Positions 27,147 through 36,837 of a stretch of DNA of 64,000 nucleotides are shown here, in pieces. Under the pieces are notes generated by a model that had not been told where the DNA came from, did not search any database, and saw only the letters and a program-made list of their open reading frames with translations. Every line of letters begins with the position of its first letter. Position 1 is the first letter of the stretch. A program made the position numbers and the translations under genes. The DNA comes from an uncultured Bdellovibrionales bacterium (GTDB lineage: Bacteria; Patescibacteriota; Minisyncoccia; Moranbacterales; UBA1568), in contig CAZATJ010000003.1 of NCBI GenBank assembly GCA_964488025.1, positions 4,294-68,293 of the forward strand, in the 5' to 3' direction.

Positions 27147-28136
27147 TCACTTCTCGCGATAGGAGGTTCTCAACTTCATTTCCCTTTCAAACCGCTCCAT
27201 AGAAAGCTCGATGAGTCTGGTGAGAAGTTCCGCATAAGAAAGTCCGCTCGCCTCCCACAGCTTGGGGTACATGCTGATAGTGGTGAATCCTGGCAGGGTA
27301 TTGATCTCATTGACGAGAATCTCTCCGTTTTCCTTCAGGAAAAAATCAACTCGACCCAGACCCTCACAAGAGAGAACTCGGAATGTCTGACGGGCGATTT
27401 CTCGTATCCGTTCTGCCGTTTCTTCAGGGAGTCTGGCTGGTATTTCAATATCCGCACCATCCTGGTCAAGATATTTGGCCTCGTAGGAGTAAAAGCCTTT
27501 TTTCGGCACCACTTCACCGAGAATAGAGGCTTGCGGATTCTCGTTTCCAAGAACAGCACACTCTATTTCCCGCCCGATGATACCTTCCTCCACCAGAACC
27601 TTTGTATCATACAAAAAGGCATCTTTCAAGGATTTTTCATACTCTTCGGCATTCTCCACCCGGTGTACGCCCACCGACGAACCAGCATTAGCTGGTTTCA
27701 CGAAGCACGGGATGCTGATATTTCTCACAATCTCATCGAAACCCGGCACGGACTTCTTGGTCACCGTCAAAAATTTCGCCACCGGTATTCCGGCATCCCG
27801 AAGCAGACGCTTCATGACGTCTTTATCCATCCCGACAGCCGACCCAAGCACCCCCGCTCCGACAAACGGAATACCGGCCAGTTTGAGCACCCCCTGCACG
27901 GTGCCATCTTCGCCGAAACCGCCATGCAGTACCGGAAAGACGATATCCACCGCCTGACGTAATTCCACTATGCTTTTCTCCGTCAAAAACCCTTCCCCCT
28001 CTTTATCGAGAGGAAGAAGTACGGATTCAAATTTCTCTGGATCCAGGTTGGCGATGACGTTCTTTGCGGACTCAAGCGATACCTCATGTTCGGTCGATTT
28101 TCCGCCAAAAAGGATTCCCACTCTCAGCTTTTTCAT
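27147..28136 (-). CDS. ddl: D-alanine--D-alanine ligase
   Basis: The ATP-grasp N-terminus reads MKKLRVGILFGGKSTEHEVSLESAKNV. Confidence 0.88.
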   Translation of the reverse strand: MKKLRVGILFGGKSTEHEVSLESAKNVIANLDPEKFESVLLPLDKEGEGFLTEKSIVELRQAVDIVFPVLHGGFGEDGTVQGVLKLAGIPFVGAGVLGSAVGMDKDVMKRLLRDAGIPVAKFLTVTKKSVPGFDEIVRNISIPCFVKPANAGSSVGVHRVENAEEYEKSLKDAFLYDTKVLVEEGIIGREIECAVLGNENPQASILGEVVPKKGFYSYEAKYLDQDGADIEIPARLPEETAERIREIARQTFRVLSCEGLGRVDFFLKENGEILVNEINTLPGFTTISMYPKLWEASGLSYAELLTRLIELSMERFEREMKLRTSYREK

Positions 28137-28155
28137 AGACGTAATCAGTTACGTA

Positions 28156-28623
28156 CTACAACTCATGCATCTCCTCGACATGGTTTTCTAACACCGAGTC
28201 ACCATCGCCAAACAAAAACTTCGTCCGAAATTTCTTACCGACCAAAAAAACTGGCAGCCAGTGGATATCATCTGGCCACATCTCATCATAGGGAATGGCA
28301 TCGGTCGTGAACCACTGCGGTCGCATTTCTTCGGTTTCGCTCGGTTCGCCCGTCCAGGTATCCACCCGAAAAACATGCACCTCTAAAACCTCCTCTGGCC
28401 TGGATTGAAAAACAAACTCATGGATACCAACTTTTTCCATTTCCATGATCTCGACACCACATTCCTCCTGCATCTCTCGCTTGGCCGCTTCTTCAATCGT
28501 TTCTCCAGCTTCCACTTTCCCGCCAAATCCATTCCACCGTCCCGCTCCGAAGCCTCGCTTTTTCATACCAAGCAGAATCTTCCCTTCATTCAAAACCAAG
28601 CAGAGTGTCAGTATTTTTCTCAT
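28156..28623 (-). CDS. NUDIX hydrolase
   Basis: The Nudix box is GGKVEAGETIEEAAKREMQEECGVE. Confidence 0.8.
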   Translation of the reverse strand: MRKILTLCLVLNEGKILLGMKKRGFGAGRWNGFGGKVEAGETIEEAAKREMQEECGVEIMEMEKVGIHEFVFQSRPEEVLEVHVFRVDTWTGEPSETEEMRPQWFTTDAIPYDEMWPDDIHWLPVFLVGKKFRTKFLFGDGDSVLENHVEEMHEL

Positions 28624-28858
28624 ATTTTATAGCGCATACAAGCCTTTTTTAACTGATCCTATTGTACCATAGAATAACTTCGTGCTATATTGGTGATACG
28701 GGGCTGGGGGATTCTGAGAGGACGCTGGTATTCGCTTGAATACCACAATTACACAACAACGTTCTGTAACCTTTCTCCTCCTCCCCTTCTCCCTTTTTGC
28801 GCAATGCGCACCCACACTGGCCTTTGGTTCCCACCAAGGCCTTTTACATTTTTTCGAC

Positions 28859-30046
28859 CTATTTTTGTTTCGCCAGTAACTCTTCGACCTTGTCTCTCAA
28901 ACCAAAAGTGCCCGTAATGAAGTTCTTACCCCGGAGACCGAGCTGAACTTCCCGAATCCGTCGAATGAGCTCTTCTCGAGGAAATACCTCTTGAGTACCT
29001 TGAATATCCGGGGCATTCTGAAGTGCCGAGCAGAGCTCATCAAAAGATTGCGCGAGCGATATCTTGAGTTTGACGGCATCGAATGAATCCGGAGTTTTTT
29101 CTTGCCTCGCCGGCTGCTGTGCCCCGCGTCCGAAGAGTCTCTGAGCGATTGAACCGAATCGCCCCTTCACTCCGCGGCTGGATAGTTTTTTATAGATCGA
29201 ACCCGACAGATCTTCTTCTATCTGGCGATATCCATGCTCATAGTGCTTCTCCCAGTCAGCCACAACAGCAACCTCACCAGTGGCGCTCCATTTGTATCCT
29301 TTGTCAATCCGGGTATTCCTGGTGATGAGATGCCGCTCTTTCTGACTCTCAAGAAAGGCCTTACCTTTCATCTCTGTTATCCCCGTATAATGGCCTTTAA
29401 GGTACGAGGGGGCATCGGCCCGATTAAATACATCATACGGCCAGAGTTTCCGATCCGACCAAGTGTCTCCCATTTTGCCAGTATTGCACATTTTCCCATT
29501 CACCGAGCCCCCTGTGCCATCGGTAATAAGTTCTCCGGCAAGGTGTCGCGCAGCATCCAGCACAAATTTCCGCTCTCTCCCTGCTTTTGAATCTTGCGTC
29601 GAAACAGCAGCCCAAGCATGGCCGAATCTCTCGTTATTCTTGTAAGCAATATTGGAGCCGAATTGGACCCGCGTTCCTTGAGGAAAGATTCCCGTATCAA
29701 TCAATTTTTCAATGATGAGCGACGCGAGCAGTGCCTGCTGTCGACACACTCCCTTACCACCACTCTTATGGAGATAATTAGTAAGCGCAGCCTTATTTGT
29801 ATCCACCCGACCATCTAAGGCGTCCTCATTCAAAGAGCCTTTTTCATAGTCATCAACCCAATTCAAATCGTAGGGCATTGCCGTTTTGACAGCCTCAAAA
29901 ACCTCATCAATGAGCAACTCAACCGACGGACGACGGTCAATCTCCAGACTATTAATATACTGCTTCAGCTCGACGAACGAGACTGGTTTCTTTCGCTCAG
30001 ACTGATTTTCTTTGGTTGCCTGTACTGGAGGATCATTCTCATACAT
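28859..30046 (-). CDS. Transglutaminase-like (papain-fold) cysteine peptidase domain protein
   Basis: It has a Cys in GKGVCRQQALLASLII, a His about 42 aa later in GHAWAAV and an Asp about 18 aa after that in FVLDAARH. This is the canonical Cys-His-Asp spacing of transglutaminase-like cores. There is no signal peptide. Confidence 0.55.
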   Translation of the reverse strand: MYENDPPVQATKENQSERKKPVSFVELKQYINSLEIDRRPSVELLIDEVFEAVKTAMPYDLNWVDDYEKGSLNEDALDGRVDTNKAALTNYLHKSGGKGVCRQQALLASLIIEKLIDTGIFPQGTRVQFGSNIAYKNNERFGHAWAAVSTQDSKAGRERKFVLDAARHLAGELITDGTGGSVNGKMCNTGKMGDTWSDRKLWPYDVFNRADAPSYLKGHYTGITEMKGKAFLESQKERHLITRNTRIDKGYKWSATGEVAVVADWEKHYEHGYRQIEEDLSGSIYKKLSSRGVKGRFGSIAQRLFGRGAQQPARQEKTPDSFDAVKLKISLAQSFDELCSALQNAPDIQGTQEVFPREELIRRIREVQLGLRGKNFITGTFGLRDKVEELLAKQK

Positions 30047-30107
30047 AGCCCAAATTATTAAAGTTGATTGATGAGTTTCGCAAAAGAGAGAAGTTTCTGG
30101 AGCATAG

Positions 30108-30380
30108 CTATTCTATTGAAATAATCTGGATACCCAGCCTGTCCACCTCTTCTTTTGAATTAAAGGTGTAAATATCTTCCAGCTTGAAACGACTAACTTC
30201 GGTCACCTGTTTCACAATTTCCCTTCCGGTATACTCTTTCTTTTCTTTATCCCATTCACGTAAAACGAGGGTATCGCCCTCGGCCACCTCAAAATCATTG
30301 AGGCGGAGCTCGTACTTTTTCTTACCAGAGACCACCTGATCAAAATACTCTGACCACAATTTTTTCTCAATCCGCGCCAT
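30108..30380 (-). CDS. DUF3850 / ASCH-like (PUA-fold) domain protein
   Basis: It reads KKYELRLNDFEVAEGDTLVLREWD...YTGREI. This matches the DUF3850 pattern K.HELKI.P.YF..V..G.K.FE.R.ND..F.VGD.L.L.EWD...YTGR. Confidence 0.6.
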   Translation of the reverse strand: MARIEKKLWSEYFDQVVSGKKKYELRLNDFEVAEGDTLVLREWDKEKKEYTGREIVKQVTEVSRFKLEDIYTFNSKEEVDRLGIQIISIE

Positions 30381-30382
30381 AG

Positions 30383-30856
30383 TTATATCTTTACCCCGAA
30401 CTTTTCAATCATCTTCAACTGATCTTTGAATGCTGAGTGGAGAGGCTTGGGTAATTTTGTCAAAGGAAACCAGGAAAGCTCTTCCATTTTTTCCGGTTCA
30501 CCGATATGCACTTTTTTCGGATTCACTTGCGCCACAAAGAGAAAGGCCACCCAGTGCGTCTCCGTATCACCGTTCATTCGAAGCACGTTACGCACCCCGC
30601 AAAACTGCAATTTCTTCGGCTTCACACAGTATTCCTCTTCTATTTCACGAACTACCGTCTGTTCTGGTGTCTCACCAAATTCCATCGATCCTGACCCAGT
30701 ATCCCACCGACCAATCTCATCACGGCAATTTTTACTGCGCTTGTGCATAAGCAAATTCCCCTGCCCATCATGACAAAAAAATACACAGGTCACCCCGATA
30801 AAATCCACACCTTTCTTCAGATCGAACGTTTTTTTCATACCTATGCTCCATGGCAC
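30383..30856 (-). CDS. NUDIX hydrolase
   Basis: The Nudix box is GSGSMEFGETPEQTVVREIEEEYCV. Confidence 0.78.
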   Translation of the reverse strand: MPWSIGMKKTFDLKKGVDFIGVTCVFFCHDGQGNLLMHKRSKNCRDEIGRWDTGSGSMEFGETPEQTVVREIEEEYCVKPKKLQFCGVRNVLRMNGDTETHWVAFLFVAQVNPKKVHIGEPEKMEELSWFPLTKLPKPLHSAFKDQLKMIEKFGVKI

Positions 30857-30934
30857 TTCTTATACTTCTTACCCGAACCATCACAGCACCAAAAGATATT
30901 GGTGCTGGACTCCGCTTACGATTCCGCTCCTTAT

Positions 30935-33622
30935 CTAACTCTTTCCATGGCAATGTTTGTACTTCATTTTCGAACCATCGGGTTTCGTCGCTCCGCACGG
31001 GCAAGGGTCGTTGCGACCGGTCACTTCTTCGTTGACAATAGGAGTCTGCTTAGGGGCTTCACCCGCTTGGACGCTGCCTCCCCCAGCCTGAGCCTCGCCC
31101 TTGAGCGTCGCAAACTGCTCGATATCTTCGCTGGCACCACGAAATTGCATCTCGCGCGGTTTTTCTTCTGCCAACGCACCATTATTATTTTTCTGTTCGA
31201 CTTTCAAAATCGTCATAAGATACGTCTTCCGCACCGTATCCATGAGTCCGAGAAACAAATCAAAAGCCTCACGCTTGTACTCAATAAGCGGATCGCGCTG
31301 GCCGTAACCCCGCAGCCCGATGCCCTGACGCAGGTAGTCAATCTCATCCAAATGATTCATCCACAGGGTATCGAGCGAACGCAGGTATAGCGATTTTTGA
31401 ATGGCATTCCACGTGTCTTCCCCAATGACTGACTCTTTCTGATTGTAGACTTTCTTCGCCTCACCGAGCAGATACTCAAGTATCAGCCCGCGCTTCTCAA
31501 TCTCATCCTTGGAACGATCATCACGGATGGCCTCAAGTTTTTTGAGCGCGTCCTTCTCATTCAAGCTGGAAAACATGGCATTGGCCTCATTCACGATCTC
31601 TTGTACATTCCACTCGCCCTCTTCCACGGCAGTGTGAAACCCGATAACATGATCAAGCTCTTCGGAAATAAGGTGGAGGGTTTCGTTTTCAAAGCTCCCC
31701 ATTTCAAGAACGGCGCGGCGCTTACGATACACCACCTCGCGCTGTTTGTTCATGACATCGTCATAGTCGAGGACGTGTTTGCGAATATCAAAGTTGAAAC
31801 CCTCAATCTTCGACTGAGCGCTTTCGATAGTCTTGGAAATGATAGCATTCTGAATCGGCTCATTATCCGGCAATCCCAAAGTGGTCATCATACTCTTCAT
31901 CTTCTCCCCACCAAAACGACGCATCAGTTCGTCTTCAAGCGACACAAAAAACTGCGACGCTCCGGGGTCACCCTGCCGACCGGCGCGCCCACGAAGCTGA
32001 TTGTCAATACGGCGCGCCTCATGCCGTTCGGTTCCGATGATGAGCAGTCCGCCGACTTCCCGCACTCCGATCCCCAGTTTGATGTCAGTCCCGCGACCGG
32101 CCATGTTGGTGGCAATCGTAATCGAGCCCTTCTGCCCGGCATTGGCGATAATATGAGCTTCCCGTTCGTGATTCTTGGCATTGAGCACCTCGTGGAGAAT
32201 ACCCTCTTGTTGCAAGAGCGTGCTCAGGTACTCTGATTTTTCAATAGCCACCGTACCGATAAGAGCCGGCTGTCCGGTCGCATGAATCTCTTTGACATGC
32301 TCCACGATAGCGTGAAATTTTGCTTCTTCGGTCTTATAGATGATATCCGGCAAATCCTTCCGAGTCATCGGACGATTGGTCGGGATCTCCAAAACGTCCA
32401 ACTTGTACACCTTGGCCAATTCCTCAGCCGACGTGGTAGCGGTTCCGGTCATACCGGCCAATTTTTCATAGAGTCGAAAATAATTCTGGAAGGTGATGGT
32501 GGCCAGTGTCCGGCTCTCGCGCTGCACCGTCACCCCTTCTTTAGCCTCGATGGCTTGATGCAGTCCTTCACTATAGCGCCGTCCCGGCATAATACGACCC
32601 GTAAAATCATCAACGATAATCACCTGATCATCTTTCACCACGTAATCACGATCCAATTTGAAAATAATATGTGCCTTGAGTGATTGTTCCAAGTGGTGGA
32701 CATATTGCACGTTGCCGGAAGCATAGATGTTTTCCATCCCCAAAAGCCGCTCCACGTTATTCATACCCTCATCGGTGAGCGTTACCGCTTTCATCTTCTC
32801 ATCCACGGCATAATCCTTCTCCGGCTGAAGCAGCGGAACAATTTTAGCAAAACGCTCATAGAGTTTGGTCGACTCACTGTCCGGGGCCGAAATGATGAGC
32901 GGGGTACGCGCCTCATCGATCAAAATCGAGTCTACTTCATCGACGATGGCAAAATGCAGTTTGCGCTGAGTCATATCTTCGAGAGAGGTGACCATATTGT
33001 CACGCAGATAGTCGAACCCGAACTCGTTGTTGGTCCCGTAGGTGATGTCGGAAGCATAGGCTTCCCGGCGCGTCAGAGAGACCAGATTCTCCATCTCCAC
33101 GGTCGTTTCGTCATGATCCTCGACGTTGGATGTATAACGATAGGAGACTCCTTGACCGACAATACAGGCCGTCGTGAGGCCAAGTGCCTCATAGACTCTC
33201 CCCATCCAATTACAATCACGCTTGGCGAGATAATCATTGACCGTCACTACGTGGACGCCCTTGCCAGTCAAAGCATTGAGATAAATAGGGAGCGTCGAGG
33301 TCAGAGTCTTTCCTTCACCGGTTTTCATTTCGGCAATTTTCCCATGATGAAGCGCGATACCGCCCAAAAGCTGTACGTCATAATGCCGTTCGCCAATGAC
33401 CCGCTTGGCGACTTCTCGCACGACCGCATAGGCCTCCGGAAGGAGGTCGTCAAGCGTCTCACCAGCAACCAGACGTTTTTTAAAATCTTCCGTCTTCCCC
33501 TTTAGATCGTCGGAAGAGAGGTTCTGAAGTGCCGACTCGAAAGAATTAATCTTTTCTACCAGCGGATGGAACCTTTTTACCTCGCGCTCATTGGAACCAA
33601 AAAGTTTTTCGAGAAAAGACAT
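30935..33622 (-). CDS. secA: Preprotein translocase ATPase SecA
   Basis: It has GKIAEMKTGEGKTLTSTLP in the DEAD-like motor. The C-terminal zinc-binding tail reads CPCGATKPDGSKMKYKHCHG. Confidence 0.92.
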   Translation of the reverse strand: MSFLEKLFGSNEREVKRFHPLVEKINSFESALQNLSSDDLKGKTEDFKKRLVAGETLDDLLPEAYAVVREVAKRVIGERHYDVQLLGGIALHHGKIAEMKTGEGKTLTSTLPIYLNALTGKGVHVVTVNDYLAKRDCNWMGRVYEALGLTTACIVGQGVSYRYTSNVEDHDETTVEMENLVSLTRREAYASDITYGTNNEFGFDYLRDNMVTSLEDMTQRKLHFAIVDEVDSILIDEARTPLIISAPDSESTKLYERFAKIVPLLQPEKDYAVDEKMKAVTLTDEGMNNVERLLGMENIYASGNVQYVHHLEQSLKAHIIFKLDRDYVVKDDQVIIVDDFTGRIMPGRRYSEGLHQAIEAKEGVTVQRESRTLATITFQNYFRLYEKLAGMTGTATTSAEELAKVYKLDVLEIPTNRPMTRKDLPDIIYKTEEAKFHAIVEHVKEIHATGQPALIGTVAIEKSEYLSTLLQQEGILHEVLNAKNHEREAHIIANAGQKGSITIATNMAGRGTDIKLGIGVREVGGLLIIGTERHEARRIDNQLRGRAGRQGDPGASQFFVSLEDELMRRFGGEKMKSMMTTLGLPDNEPIQNAIISKTIESAQSKIEGFNFDIRKHVLDYDDVMNKQREVVYRKRRAVLEMGSFENETLHLISEELDHVIGFHTAVEEGEWNVQEIVNEANAMFSSLNEKDALKKLEAIRDDRSKDEIEKRGLILEYLLGEAKKVYNQKESVIGEDTWNAIQKSLYLRSLDTLWMNHLDEIDYLRQGIGLRGYGQRDPLIEYKREAFDLFLGLMDTVRKTYLMTILKVEQKNNNGALAEEKPREMQFRGASEDIEQFATLKGEAQAGGGSVQAGEAPKQTPIVNEEVTGRNDPCPCGATKPDGSKMKYKHCHGKS

Positions 33623-33798
33623 ACGAATCAGGTATTAGTCCGCCAGCTGGCGGATGAGGGGTTAGGGGTGAGCGTGAGAAAACGAGACAGAAAAAATCCC
33701 GCCACACAGTCAAGAACCATTTCATTGTAGCAAAAAATGAAGACTCCGTCAAAAAGAAAATCCCGTTACGATAACAGGATTTTCCGCTATTATAAGCC

Positions 33799-34149
33799 TT
33801 AAAACCGAGCTGATTCATCAACGACCAACTTTTTTTTGATAGAACGATTGCCACGGAGTTTCAGATCGCGGTTCTTATTTTTCTTCTTGTCGACTTGAAC
33901 TTCTAATTCATCAATCGCGATATCCGTCGAACCCTCAATACTTTCAGTCGTTTCTTCCGCCCGATACAGGTTATGCGGCGTTTTGACCATGATTTCTACG
34001 CGAAATTTCCCCTGCTTATTCTGGTCGATTTCTATAGAAAACTCACTCACTGGATCCACTAATTTTTCCACACGCATCAGGCGTTTTGAAACATATTCTC
34101 TCGTACGATCATCGATTTCCACTCCCTTGAATAAGAATCGCATATTCAT
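33799..34149 (-). CDS. hpf: Ribosome hibernation promoting factor / RaiA family
   Basis: It starts MNMRFLFKGVEIDDRTREYVSKRL and has the S30AE-family fold signature. Confidence 0.75.
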   Translation of the reverse strand: MNMRFLFKGVEIDDRTREYVSKRLMRVEKLVDPVSEFSIEIDQNKQGKFRVEIMVKTPHNLYRAEETTESIEGSTDIAIDELEVQVDKKKNKNRDLKLRGNRSIKKKLVVDESARF

Positions 34150-34198
34150 AGCATTGTCTGTGATTACGGAATTATACTGAAAGTATAGCACAAACCGA

Positions 34199-34402
34199 TT
34201 ACAGCCCGTAGGCGGTTGAAAAAGTACTCAAAAAAAATGGAACGGCAAAAACGAGGCCGATAAGCGGTAAAACAAACATCACTATCGTCCCGATCATCGT
34301 CCACAAGAAGTATTTCCGTGTCTTCTCCGCGGACTGATAGATCTGTTCCAGCTTCTCGTCCTGCGCCTGCAGTTTTTGTAAGAGTTCCGTATCCATATTC
34401 AT
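34199..34402 (-). CDS. Small membrane protein (67 aa), unknown function
   Basis: It has one TM helix, LWTMIGTIVMFVLPLIGLVFAVPFFL. Confidence 0.4.
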   Translation of the reverse strand: MNMDTELLQKLQAQDEKLEQIYQSAEKTRKYFLWTMIGTIVMFVLPLIGLVFAVPFFLSTFSTAYGL

Positions 34403-34464
34403 CAGTATAGCACGAGAAAAACAACGAGTATTCCCAGATTTTACCCGCTTCGATTCGAATCGAA

Positions 34465-35391
34465 CTAAAATCCTACGAACTGCACTTCTTCCTGCAGGCG
34501 TATATGAAATTCATCCCGTACCCGTGTCTTAATCAAGCTTGCCAGAGTAATAATGTCTGCGGCCGTCGCTTCACCGGTATTCAAAAGATAATTCGGATGC
34601 ATCAGGCTCACCTGAGCTCCTCCGATTTTTTTGCCTCGCAACCCAGCATGATCGATAAGCCAGCCAGCCGGCAACTTACCATCTCTTGAAGGATTCCCCG
34701 TATCCTTTTCAAATTCTTTTAACAAGTGTTCATCGGTAACAACCGGATTCATAAAGAACGACCCGGCACACAAGGCGCTCTGCGGGTGCTTGGCCTCACG
34801 CGTCGCCACCGTTTCTTTGATAATACGATCAATATCCTCTTTCTCCCCGGGCTGCAGCCGTATTTCTGCCGAAACGATAACTATCTTCGGATTTTTCTTA
34901 AAGAAACTGCTCCGATACTCAAAGGCGCATTGCGACTGACTGTATTCGGAAACCATACCAGAATGAGGGTCAAGTACCTTGACCGATACGACGTACTGGC
35001 CAATTTCCGTACCGAACGCCCCAGCATTGCCGCGAACGGCACCTCCGAACGATCCAGGTATGCCAGCCAATTTCTCGATCCCCTGAAGCGAAGCATCTTT
35101 GGCAGCCAAAACCACATCAAAAAGCGGCACTCCTGCCCCAGCAATAATTTTTTCACCCACCACCTTTATGCCGCCACCATTCATACGGACGACTATCCCT
35201 GAAAATCCCTTATCAGAAAACAAAACGTTGCTCCCTCCGCCGAGCACGTGGAGCGAGAGACCATTCTTTTCAGCGTATTCGAAAATTTCTGCCAATTCCA
35301 GGGCTCCGGAAGCTTCAGCATAGTACCGCGCCACCCCACCGATTCGAAAGGTTGAGAGTGGAGCCAGAGGAACATTTTCTCGAAGAAACAT
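34465..35391 (-). CDS. murB: UDP-N-acetylenolpyruvoylglucosamine reductase
   Basis: The FAD-binding N-terminus reads PLSTFRIGGVARYY...VLGGGSNVLFSD. Confidence 0.85.
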   Translation of the reverse strand: MFLRENVPLAPLSTFRIGGVARYYAEASGALELAEIFEYAEKNGLSLHVLGGGSNVLFSDKGFSGIVVRMNGGGIKVVGEKIIAGAGVPLFDVVLAAKDASLQGIEKLAGIPGSFGGAVRGNAGAFGTEIGQYVVSVKVLDPHSGMVSEYSQSQCAFEYRSSFFKKNPKIVIVSAEIRLQPGEKEDIDRIIKETVATREAKHPQSALCAGSFFMNPVVTDEHLLKEFEKDTGNPSRDGKLPAGWLIDHAGLRGKKIGGAQVSLMHPNYLLNTGEATAADIITLASLIKTRVRDEFHIRLQEEVQFVGF

Positions 35392-35412
35392 ATTTTTGTA
35401 TTTCTTTTCTTA

Positions 35413-36828
35413 TCACTTCACATGGGCGAGGGCGTGCGATATTTCCCACACATTCCCCGCTCCCAAAGTAATAATAACATCTTGCCGGCCCATTGTTTTT
35501 TTAATATCGGCGATCAGATTTCCGATGTCGGAAACATACTCCGCCTTCCCAGGAAAAAAGCGATTAATAAGATCTGTCATATCACCGGATGAAACTCCGC
35601 CTTGTTCTTCACGGGCGCTCCCATAGATATCGAGAACCATCACCCGGTCAGCGTCATCGAAGCTCTGGGCAAAATCGGTAAGAAAGGCCTTTGTCCGTGT
35701 AAACGTATGAGGATGAAAAATAACGGAAAGTTTTTTTTCAGGGTAAAGGTCTCGGAAAGCACGTAGCGTGGCGCGAATCTCTTCTGGATGATGAGCATAA
35801 TCATCATAGAGAAGCGCCCCGTGGCGCTCACCAATATACTCGAAACGCCGCTCTGTTCCAGAGAAACGCTCGAACGCTCCCGGAATCCGGTCATTATCCT
35901 GTTTTAAAACGCTAAGAAGAGCAAAGACGGCCGTGGCATTGAGCGCGTTATGGACACCGGCTAATTTCAGCCGAAAAGAAGCAACTTTCTGCCCCTGATG
36001 CAATACAGAAAAAGACTGTCGAAACACTTCTTTTTCAGCAATGAAGCCCATCTTTTCAGGAGTATAGTCAACTACCTGAAAGTCCGCCTCCGAAAGTGTT
36101 CCGTAAGAAACTTTCCGACAACGAGCATGCGCGGCGACTCGTCCGACACTGGCGGAGTCGGCACAGTACACTAAAACACCATGGGCCGGAATACGGGCCA
36201 CAAATTCAGAAAAAACTTGCTCGTAGCTCTCCCTGTCCGGAAAGAAATCAGGGTGATCCCAATCGACGCTCGTCAGAATGACTGCAAATGGATCATAATG
36301 AACCAATTTGTTCTGGTACTCGTCCGCTTCGATGACCAGATAATCACCCGCACCGGAAAGGGCGCTGCCGCTCCAATTCATAATGCGACTCCCCACGATA
36401 GCCGAAGGATCTTTCCCTAGGTACCGGAGCGTATCGGCCAAAAGCGCACTCGTCGTCGTTTTGCCATGGGTTCCGCAGACCGCCAGGGTCAGCTTCTCTT
36501 TCGTCAATGCTCCCAAAGCCTCCGGGTAGCTCAATACAGGAATCTGACCTTCCAAAGCGGCGGCGAGTTCTTGATTCTTTTCCTGAGTATAGGCGGTCGA
36601 ATAAATAATCAGATCAGCATCAGCGGGAATGTTTTTCGGACTGAAGGACTCATTCACCGTGATACCAAGTTTCTTTAAGATAGCATCAGTAAAAAAAACT
36701 TCAGCGCTGTCAGAACCGGTCACCCGCACCCCGAGATGAAGTAAAAGTTCAGAGAGAGCGGTCATTCCCGCTCCCTTGATGCCAATCATATGAACCCGCT
36801 TGAAACGTGTCAGGTGTTCAGAAAACAT
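35413..36828 (-). CDS. murC: UDP-N-acetylmuramate--L-alanine ligase
   Basis: It reads IHMIGIKGAGMTALSELL and has a Mur ligase central domain. Confidence 0.85.
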   Translation of the reverse strand: MFSEHLTRFKRVHMIGIKGAGMTALSELLLHLGVRVTGSDSAEVFFTDAILKKLGITVNESFSPKNIPADADLIIYSTAYTQEKNQELAAALEGQIPVLSYPEALGALTKEKLTLAVCGTHGKTTTSALLADTLRYLGKDPSAIVGSRIMNWSGSALSGAGDYLVIEADEYQNKLVHYDPFAVILTSVDWDHPDFFPDRESYEQVFSEFVARIPAHGVLVYCADSASVGRVAAHARCRKVSYGTLSEADFQVVDYTPEKMGFIAEKEVFRQSFSVLHQGQKVASFRLKLAGVHNALNATAVFALLSVLKQDNDRIPGAFERFSGTERRFEYIGERHGALLYDDYAHHPEEIRATLRAFRDLYPEKKLSVIFHPHTFTRTKAFLTDFAQSFDDADRVMVLDIYGSAREEQGGVSSGDMTDLINRFFPGKAEYVSDIGNLIADIKKTMGRQDVIITLGAGNVWEISHALAHVK

Positions 36829-36837
36829 AAATATTTC

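Noticed and set aside
30743-33505. Long plus-strand ORFs (30743-31390, 31601-32236, 32282-32683 and 32684-33505) inside the secA region.
   Set aside because: They are antisense to a clearly identified, full-length secA. They have no recognisable motifs and are typical shadow ORFs.
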